A stretch of DNA of 64,000 nt from a virus. A model generated the notes under the pieces. That model saw only the letters and a list, made by a program, of their open reading frames with translations, ran no database searches and had not been told where the DNA came from. Both the position numbers and the translations under genes were made by a program. Position 1 is the first letter of the stretch; each line of letters starts with the position of its first letter. Positions 40,042 through 46,402 of the stretch are shown here, piece by piece. Location: IMG/VR virus record IMGVR_UViG_3300025418_000011. One strand, written 5' to 3'.

Positions 40042-40306
40042 TAAACTTATAGAGGAAAATAAAAATCTTAAAACTAGGCTTGATATACACGAGAATATTG
40101 CGGTACAACTAACGAATACGATAGGCGAACTCACCCAGGCTCTCGAACAAGCAAAGGCTAAAATAGAGGTACTAGAGAGTGATACGAAGATCGTTAAAAT
40201 TCAAAATAGTGACGACACTTACGTTTCGGTGGACGACATTTTTTGTTTAAGAAAAAAAGACAAAAAAGAAATAGCAAGATTAAACCAATTACTTAACGGA
40301 GTATGA
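40022..40306 (+). CDS. Coiled-coil hypothetical protein
   Basis: 94 aa with heptad pattern. Confidence 0.6.
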   Translation: MSHEIVDKLIEENKNLKTRLDIHENIAVQLTNTIGELTQALEQAKAKIEVLESDTKIVKIQNSDDTYVSVDDIFCLRKKDKKEIARLNQLLNGV

Positions 40307-40404
40307 CCAGAAAAAAAGAAGACCTTCTCTGCCTAGTGGCTACATCATTTGTTCTCCTGATTATTTCAGGATTAGCAATTAATTCACTGACAGGAAATAA
40401 ATAA
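40303..40404 (+). CDS. 33-aa single-pass membrane peptide (not in ORF track)
   Basis: ATGA overlap with the previous stop; MTRKKEDLLCLVATSFVLLIISGLAINSLTGNK. Confidence 0.5.
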   Translation: MTRKKEDLLCLVATSFVLLIISGLAINSLTGNK

Positions 40405-40480
40405 CCCCCCCATAATATAGCTTAACTTTTCAGGTATAATAAATTGATAACAAGATTTGTTAGGCTATATTTTTTAGTTT

Positions 40481-41013
40481 ATAGATTCGGATCTGTGTGT
40501 CCGCTAATTAGCTAAAGGTCCACGGCTGATATTGTGTGTACAATGGCGCTCTGCTCGGCCGAGCACCGCATAGAGACACATAGCAAACGGGCACACAGAT
40601 CCATCTATTTTTGTAATGCTACTTGCGATTAGTCTGGACTATAACCAGAGTCGTAAACCGTCTCAAGTCGGGAAGAGGTGGAATCATGGCCGCCTGAAAA
40701 GCAGAGAGCAAAAAATGGCGCAGCAAGGAATAAACTGACGAGTTTATTGAAAGGGTTTCCAACTTATTGGTGGAAACTGGTGTGGCACAACCCCCACACT
40801 AAATGACAATCTCACGGATACTGCAACCACCGTGAACAAATCATTCGCCTCACCACGAGGTTTGCAGACATCGTGGTAGGAACGCGCCTAAACCTTTTAA
40901 AATAATTCTGTGAGTAGAGTATGGGTAATTCCCATAACACGCTCTGTAAAGATAAACAACCTAATGCTGGGTGTTATTTTTACAGATCACGGTGATGATC
41001 ACACAGAGTTATT
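40481..41013 (+). ncRNA. Candidate large structured ncRNA A (about 530 nt, family unknown)
   Basis: No ORF of 60 aa or more; about 10 stems, three long ones containing G-U pairs that only work on the + strand. Confidence 0.6.
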
Positions 41014-41053
41014 TTTTAACCCCTGAAACCAAACAACCAACCAAAACCAAAAA

Positions 41054-41827
41054 GTGAAAAACGTACGCAGGATAGATTGGTCAGCACGTAAAGAAAAACG
41101 AGACAACGACATCTACCTAAACAAAGAGCTAAAGAAGCTGTTGCGTTATAGAGAAGATATCAACATACTCTCTCTGCCTGGTGAAAAATGGCTATGGGAG
41201 CGGCAGTTAATTCAAAATTTCCCTGAAAATAAGTTCAATATTGTTGGTGTTGAATCTGATCCTTATGTGAATGAATCTTCAAGAAATTTTCTAAAGCTCA
41301 ATCACAAGAATAAAAGAAACCAGATTGATCTACTAGACCAAAAAACATCATGGGAAGATGTAGTCACCAGGAAATTTAATTCCAGCTTGTTTGATAGCTC
41401 AACAGCTGAATTTGATATAATCTACGGTGATTTCATGGGTACCTTTAACAGAAATATAATAGAGTATATCTCACACATGCTAGAGGATAAAAAAATGATA
41501 AAGCCCTTGGGTAATATTATTTTTACATTCCTGCTTGGACGTGGATTGAGGGATATCAGAGAAGAAACCCTAGAGATAGGCAGAGCATCAAAATATTCAG
41601 ATTTACTTTATTTTGATGATGACATGCTGTGGAACAGATACAGCAGTAATACCAAATCTGATGAAGTTCATCCTTATGCTATCGGCATTATGGAAACTAT
41701 CTTACAGCTTGGTAAGAAATTCGGAAAAGTTCTACTCCCCTCAAAACCACATATATATTACAGTCCGGGAAGAGATGAAAACCATCTTGTTCCAGAGGGC
41801 AGCTTTTGCTTTACACTGATAAAGTAA
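41054..41827 (+). CDS. Class I SAM-dependent methyltransferase-like protein
   Basis: INILSLPG (motif I-like), IVGVESD (motif II), FDIIYGDFMG (motif IV); GTG start. Confidence 0.6.
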   Translation: MKNVRRIDWSARKEKRDNDIYLNKELKKLLRYREDINILSLPGEKWLWERQLIQNFPENKFNIVGVESDPYVNESSRNFLKLNHKNKRNQIDLLDQKTSWEDVVTRKFNSSLFDSSTAEFDIIYGDFMGTFNRNIIEYISHMLEDKKMIKPLGNIIFTFLLGRGLRDIREETLEIGRASKYSDLLYFDDDMLWNRYSSNTKSDEVHPYAIGIMETILQLGKKFGKVLLPSKPHIYYSPGRDENHLVPEGSFCFTLIK

Positions 41828-41850
41828 TTGAATAAGCTTTTGTAACATTT

Positions 41851-42285
41851 GGGGGCGTAATTGGAAATCGACTCCAGGAGTTGATATCAGCCTACATGCA
41901 GAGGATCTCAGTTGGCCTCTATAATCATCTGGGAAAAAAATAAAAGCAAACTCTAACGAGATGCTTGCTCCTAGCCTCGCTGAGGCGGATGCCATTCTTG
42001 CAAAGTATGGCTACGCTGACAGCGAGCTTCTCGCTGCCTAACCGCAGCGGCTTGAAGCCGCTAGTAGTAAAACGCTCTCTGGACGCCCGATGCCGGAGAG
42101 ATACAAAAGGGTACCTCAATTATCTTGTGAGGGTATAATTTAGATACGACTCAATTCGCGTTAAGTTGAAGATCCATCTGTATCCGCTCAGCGTACTGGT
42201 ACAGATGAAATAGGCTGAGCTAAGCATGTAAACGGTTGTTAGATATTTCTGGAACACACGGGTTCGAATCCCGTCGCCTCCACCA
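41851..42285 (+). ncRNA. ssrA: tmRNA (one-piece, 435 nt)
   Basis: GGGGGCG/CGCCTCC-ACCA acceptor with G3-U; T-arm CGGG TTCGAAT CCCG; helix 2 (TCCAGGA/TTCTGGA, CATGC/GCATG); pk1 (GAGG/CCTC plus TCTCAG/CTGGGA); tag ending LLAA-stop. Confidence 0.96.
41946..42041 (+). other. tmRNA tag reading frame ANSNEMLAPSLAEADAILAKYGYADSELLAA*
   Basis: GCA resume codon after pk1 and ATAAAA; 31 sense codons then TAA. Confidence 0.88.
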
Positions 42286-42288
42286 ATC

Positions 42289-42867
42289 TACTGATGAAAA
42301 TCAGTACTCCTCCTGGGGATAATCGTATCCCTTGCTCATAGTCTAACGGTTACAAAGTGACTATCTGTGACTACTCAGACAAACGAGACCGCGGTTCCCA
42401 GTACGTGTAATCCCTCTATCATTAACAGGCATGTTGGATAGAAACGCAATTAGTCATTGCGGGGGAAAGAAGCTAACCGCGGGTTGAGGAAAAATTTCCC
42501 CCCAACAATAGATATAAAAACCACTGTGAGAAGCAGGGCATTGCGCTTTGTGTATATGTGGAAATCCCGAAGATAACATATTAATCCTCTCAGGGGCTAC
42601 AGGTGATGCTCTCTGAGGAAAAAGGAAGTTAACCATCTGGGAGCTCTATTGTCTGGGGACTTTTGTTTTGGTAATGATCTTTTATCGGTTAGATCATGTG
42701 TGTTGGAACCGTCTGTGGCCGCGAGATGTATATCTTTCCCGCCCAAAAAAATAACAGATTGAGCATACAACAGAGTCCAAATCTCAAAACATGCTCGGTA
42801 ATAATAAACCAACAACCAATATTTTCCTGGTTTGCCACACATACACAGGAGCACTGGTCCGGCAGTG
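42289..42867 (+). ncRNA. Candidate large structured ncRNA B (about 580 nt, family unknown)
   Basis: Starts 3 nt after the tmRNA CCA; more than 10 hairpins, including GAAA and GGCA GNRA loops on +; no + strand ORF. Confidence 0.55.
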
Positions 42868-42929
42868 ACTAACACAATCCGGAAATTTTTTATTTGATTA
42901 TTGCCCTCTATGCGGATAATTATTTATTT

Positions 42930-43012
42930 GAGCCCAGGACAACCAAAAACCCTCTGGTATTAGGCGGGAAATCTGATGGAAAGCAGAAATCTATAAGCCC
43001 TGTCCTGGGCTC
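42930..43012. repeat. Perfect 12-bp inverted repeat enclosing 59 nt
   Basis: GAGCCCAGGACA (42930) / TGTCCTGGGCTC (43001), followed by a T-rich tract. Confidence 0.75.
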
Positions 43013-43040
43013 TTATTTTTTAACTATTCAAAAAACCCAT

Positions 43041-43069
43041 TTGACACACCAAAAAACTAGGTGTAGGGT
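43041..43069 (+). promoter_or_regulatory. Sigma70-type promoter, near-leaderless
   Basis: TTGACA-17 nt-TAGGGT; ATG 8 nt downstream. Confidence 0.7.
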
Positions 43070-43077
43070 TATCCACC

Positions 43078-43377
43078 ATGACAAACACACAACACACAAA
43101 AGAAAGCATTCTAGAAGAAGCCGTGCGGGTTACTTCGGGTGATCGTAGAAGAGATTATGATCATCCAGAGCCCAACCATAAACGTATAGCTACTATGTGG
43201 AACGCTTATCTCAGTATCAGAAAAGATCCATTGGCAGAGATATCACCATATGATGCAGCTATGCTAATGGTTCTATTGAAAATCGCCAGAGATGTGTATA
43301 CATCAAAGCGTGACAATTTTGTAGATGCTGCGGGATATATCCGCTGCGCTGCAATAATTGCCGGTTACGAAGAATAA
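43078..43377 (+). CDS. DUF6378-like phage protein
   Basis: ILEEA...GDRRRDY...IATMWNAYL...LLKIAR...DNFVDAAGY pattern. Confidence 0.8.
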   Translation: MTNTQHTKESILEEAVRVTSGDRRRDYDHPEPNHKRIATMWNAYLSIRKDPLAEISPYDAAMLMVLLKIARDVYTSKRDNFVDAAGYIRCAAIIAGYEE

Positions 43378-43392
43378 AAATAAAACAAACAT

Positions 43393-43536
43393 ATGGAAAT
43401 AACACAAGCAGGAATCGGTTTCGGAACAGCGCTGGCTATCACCATTTCATGGAGCCTTCATCAAAGTATTCTATGGGCGATTGTTCATGGTATCTTGGGA
43501 TGGTTCTATGTAATCTATTTCGCAATCACCCGATAA
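43393..43536 (+). CDS. 47-aa membrane protein (not in ORF track)
   Basis: MEITQAGIGFGTALAITISWSLHQSILWAIVHGILGWFYVIYFAITR; resembles a widespread bacterial small hypothetical family. Confidence 0.75.
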   Translation: MEITQAGIGFGTALAITISWSLHQSILWAIVHGILGWFYVIYFAITR

Positions 43537-43550
43537 AATCCCCCCAAAAT

Positions 43551-43691
43551 TGACCTGACTGTATGGAAGAGAACATACATTTGTTACGCAGTAAGTTGTC
43601 TGCAGCCACCCTGTCCCTCTGGAAATTCCGGGGGAGAGCTTCGAAGCCCAGGGACACCAAAACAGTGAAGGGTTAGCGTCCTTCCAGGTCA
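43551..43691 (+). ncRNA. Candidate multibranch structured RNA C (about 140 nt)
   Basis: Closing stem TGACCTG/CAGGTCA with four internal arms; intergenic and GC-richer than its flanks. Confidence 0.5.
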
Positions 43692-43706
43692 TTAAATTTA
43701 AAAAAT

Positions 43707-43907
43707 ATGATATTCTCAAATAAACTACTTAAAACATGCAAATCGTACGACAAGTCCAAGTTCTTGTCGCGTAGACCCAAGGGTATGAAAGAAGCCGACT
43801 GGAAGGAGTATGTTGCGGACTTCAAGCTAAACAAGCTTATTGTTCTAGGCAATGCTCCAAAAGCCCCCGCAAGAAAAGAATCCAGACCTCAGGAGGATAA
43901 GGAATAA
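43707..43907 (+). CDS. Small basic hypothetical protein
   Basis: 66 aa, K-rich, G/C-ending codons. Confidence 0.55.
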   Translation: MIFSNKLLKTCKSYDKSKFLSRRPKGMKEADWKEYVADFKLNKLIVLGNAPKAPARKESRPQEDKE

Positions 43908-43908
43908 T

Positions 43909-44532
43909 ATGGGCATGTTCGATACTGTATTTGTAGAGAAAGCTCTGCCCCTCTCTCCTGAGGTTAAAAAAGCGTTCAAGGGTAAAGACTGGAAAAAGAT
44001 CGACTTTCAAACGAAAGATTTAGATCTAGCCATGGCTTATTATTATCTTAAAGCTAACGGTAACTTGTACTTAGAGAAAATAGAGGGCAGTTACGAACCC
44101 CTCGCTGAAGAAGAAATAAAGAAAAATAAGAAAAATAAATTCTATCTTAATTATAAGTTCATTGAAACAGGTCGTGAATTAGTTAAAACAAATATTTGCG
44201 GAACTGTACAAATATACGCTAGTGAGTACGATAACGCCGGTAACGAGTGGTGGGTTGAATTTGAGCTGGTTCTACACAATGGAAAGCTTAAAAAGGCCAA
44301 ACAAATCAAGGCTGAGCTTGTGCATACCGCTGAAGAAATAGAACAACAGCGGGTAGATTTCGAGCAGCGCCATGAAAAGGTATACAATCATCCCTGGAAT
44401 AAGACCAAGAGAGTACTAAATAAGATTACATTTAATTATTGGAACTCATCTTGGAGAGGGGTTGCCAGAGGAGTAAGATTCCTTGGTTCCAGACTGGACA
44501 ATCTTGGAATGTGGATATATAGATATATGTAA
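43909..44532 (+). CDS. Conserved phage hypothetical protein (MGMFD... family)
   Basis: MGMFDTV...DFQTKDLD...WWVEFEL; ATG at 43909 preferred over 43852. Confidence 0.65.
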   Translation: MGMFDTVFVEKALPLSPEVKKAFKGKDWKKIDFQTKDLDLAMAYYYLKANGNLYLEKIEGSYEPLAEEEIKKNKKNKFYLNYKFIETGRELVKTNICGTVQIYASEYDNAGNEWWVEFELVLHNGKLKKAKQIKAELVHTAEEIEQQRVDFEQRHEKVYNHPWNKTKRVLNKITFNYWNSSWRGVARGVRFLGSRLDNLGMWIYRYM

Positions 44533-44538
44533 TGAATT

Positions 44539-44719
44539 TTGACGGCAGCATCATAAATACGACCGGACCATCCCTTCCTCAATCTTCACGGTTGATAGGT
44601 ATACCGGTGTGGTCGGGTAGAAGAGCTCTAAACGGTATGGCACCCTATAAAGCGCTGAGTAACTTCTTTAACCATGGTAACCCGGATGTTGAAAAGATTC
44701 TGCAGGATCGTTCCGTCAA
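44539..44719 (+). ncRNA. Candidate structured RNA D (181 nt) directly before tRNA-Pro
   Basis: TTGACGG/CCGTCAA and CAGCATC/GATGTTG closing helices with internal hairpins; ends 7 nt before tRNA-Pro. Confidence 0.5.
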
Positions 44720-44726
44720 TGTTTTA

Positions 44727-44801
44727 CGGGGTGTAGCTCAGCTTGGCTAGAGCGCTTGCTTTGGGAGCAAGATGTCGTCGGTTCGAATCCGGCCACCCCG
44801 A
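44727..44801 (+). tRNA. tRNA-Pro(TGG)
   Basis: CGGGGTG/CACCCCG acceptor, CTTGC TTTGGGA GCAAG anticodon arm, TTCGAAT T-loop; no encoded CCA. Confidence 0.95.
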
Positions 44802-44810
44802 TAGATTTAT

Positions 44811-44881
44811 TACCCTTTGGTGTAACGGTAGCACAAGAGATTTTGGCTCTCTTTGTCATGGTTCGAATCCATGAGGGGTAG
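44811..44881 (+). tRNA. tRNA-Gln(TTG)
   Basis: TACCCTT/AGGGGTA acceptor, AGAGA TTTTGGC TCTCT, CATGG TTCGAAT CCATG; no CCA. Confidence 0.93.
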
Positions 44882-44968
44882 TTTTGTTATGTCGCTCATA
44901 ACTGAAGGGCATAAGCAGGAGTATGGCCAACGAGTATAAAAATAAACCCTGCACAACTTATCACACAA

Positions 44969-45409
44969 ATGAAAACATACACAGAAACTAAAGATAAAAA
45001 AAAGTTTGATTGGTTCAGCTTTCTAGCAGAACGTATCAAAGAGCAGCCCAAAGGCGTTACATCCGTTGATAATATGCCAGACAAAGATATTATCAACACG
45101 AGAAAGAAATTTAAAAAAGAAATAAAGATGGCAGGTGATTGGGTTACCTGCGCCTGCGGAAACCAATGCAGCATTCTTGATAGAGATTTTGATGGTGAGC
45201 CCGTGGATGACAAACTTGCTGAGTTAGGTTCAGATTTTTATTATTATGTGAACGACCTGGATTGGAAAGAGGCAAAAACGACCCTCAAAGAAATCGAAAA
45301 GCTTTCAGCCAAACTAATCCAGGAAAAAATCCAAACCAGTAAGAAAATTCTTACGTCTTTAGGATATAAAGTAATTGAACCTGAGTTAAAAAAGGTTAAC
45401 AATAAGTAA
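44969..45409 (+). CDS. Hypothetical phage protein
   Basis: 146 aa; AGDWVTCACG...DGEPVDDKLAELG. Confidence 0.65.
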   Translation: MKTYTETKDKKKFDWFSFLAERIKEQPKGVTSVDNMPDKDIINTRKKFKKEIKMAGDWVTCACGNQCSILDRDFDGEPVDDKLAELGSDFYYYVNDLDWKEAKTTLKEIEKLSAKLIQEKIQTSKKILTSLGYKVIEPELKKVNNK

Positions 45410-45415
45410 ATTCAA

Positions 45416-45490
45416 GCACGATTAGCTTAGCGGTAGAGCAGGCCCTTTACACGGGCAAGGTCGGGGGTTCGATCCCCTCATCGTGCACCA
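45416..45490 (+). tRNA. tRNA-Val(TAC)
   Basis: GCACGAT/ATCGTGC-ACCA, TTTACAC loop, encoded CCA. Confidence 0.95.
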
Positions 45491-45499
45491 CTTTAAAAT

Positions 45500-45582
45500 G
45501 GGTAGATACCGAAGCGGCCAAACGGGGAGGACTGTAAATCCTCTGTCATTAGACTTCGAAGGTTCGAATCCTTCTCTGCCCA
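45500..45582 (+). tRNA. tRNA-Tyr(GTA)
   Basis: GGGTAGA/TCTGCCC, GAGGA CTGTAAA TCCTC, long variable arm, GAAGG TTCGAAT CCTTC. Confidence 0.95.
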
Positions 45583-45597
45583 TATATTCAACACACA

Positions 45598-45816
45598 ATG
45601 GCAAAGCAAAAAGAAACAAAAGTAGATCATTATAAGGCTACGGAGAGTATGTCAGAGGCCGAATGCCTGAAGTACTGTAAGAAGAAAGCAGAAGAAGATA
45701 TAGCGGAGTTCAAAAACCTTAGTTTTGATAAGGATATGTTGATCAGTGGTTATATGAAAATGTATTATCGTCCCACTAAAAAGAAAGATGAGAGTACTGT
45801 ACTTACCAAAATTTGA
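45598..45816 (+). CDS. Hypothetical protein
   Basis: 72 aa, ACACACA leader. Confidence 0.55.
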   Translation: MAKQKETKVDHYKATESMSEAECLKYCKKKAEEDIAEFKNLSFDKDMLISGYMKMYYRPTKKKDESTVLTKI

Positions 45817-45974
45817 CCGGTTGGTTGTGGGTAGAGCTATATTATCCAAAGAGCATTCAGAAAGCCTAATAAAAGAAGCAGGAGCCGCAGTGCGATTCGG
45901 GGCAAAAGCCACAGAGGAAACACTCCTAGGTAAAGTATTCCTAGCAACTAAAAAAACAACAAACTAACACACAT

Positions 45975-46349
45975 ATGGGATTAGACATGTACGCATACGC
46001 CGTGGAAGATCATCCAATGGCAACAGCTCTCAGTATACCGAAGGGAGCAGAGGCGGTAGAAATTCAATATTGGAGAAAGCATCACGATCTGCACGGTTGG
46101 ATGCAGAAGCTCTATATCAGTAAAGGTGGTACAGGTCAATTCAACTGCACCCCAGTTCAATTAACAGAGGAAGATTTAAATAACCTTCATTGCGCTATAG
46201 AAAGTTCACATTTGCCGCAAACTAGAGGTTTTTTCTTTGGAAATAATCCTCCAGACGAAGACTCTAATTCAGAAGACCTTGCGTTTATAGAAAAAGCCAG
46301 GACCGCTATACGAAACGGTAAGAAGGTTTATTACGATTCTTGGTGGTAG
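45975..46349 (+). CDS. Conserved phage protein (MGLDMY...YWRKH...SWW family)
   Basis: Characteristic MGLDMYAY, YWRKHHDLHGWM, GFFFG and YYDSWW motifs. Confidence 0.75.
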   Translation: MGLDMYAYAVEDHPMATALSIPKGAEAVEIQYWRKHHDLHGWMQKLYISKGGTGQFNCTPVQLTEEDLNNLHCAIESSHLPQTRGFFFGNNPPDEDSNSEDLAFIEKARTAIRNGKKVYYDSWW

Positions 46350-46364
46350 TTTCAGTTCGGTGCG

Positions 46365-46402
46365 GGCTGCTCTCTCTGTCTCTCTATCCAGGGAGGGCAG
46401 CC
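46365..46402. terminator. 14-bp hairpin between convergent genes
   Basis: GGCTGCTCTCTCTG/CAGGGAGGGCAGCC (2 G-U pairs on +); no U-tract. Confidence 0.6.

Noticed and set aside
40481-42867. RNase P RNA or a group II intron as the identity of blocks A and B
   Set aside because: No GAGGAAAGUCC plus CGGCUUA P4 pairing and no domain V (GAGCCG...GUACGGUUC) found by eye; a covariance search is still needed.
42450-42875. - strand ORF 42597-42875 with possible TAG read-through to 42450
   Set aside because: No recognisable motif and no RBS; the + strand GNRA and G-U signals favour an RNA. It is not fully excluded.
42970-42990. Hammerhead-like CTGATG...GAAA
   Set aside because: The core reads CUGAUGG rather than CUGAUGA, stem II is absent, and the flanking helices do not fit.
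44532-44750. 72-aa ORF from the track
   Set aside because: It runs into tRNA-Pro and covers a well-paired RNA element.
44885-44925. Degenerate tRNA-CAT (GTCGCTCATAACTGAAG)
   Set aside because: It has only a CTCATAA-like loop; no T-arm or acceptor stem.
45422-45619. - strand ORF
   Set aside because: It is the antisense shadow of tRNA-Val and tRNA-Tyr.
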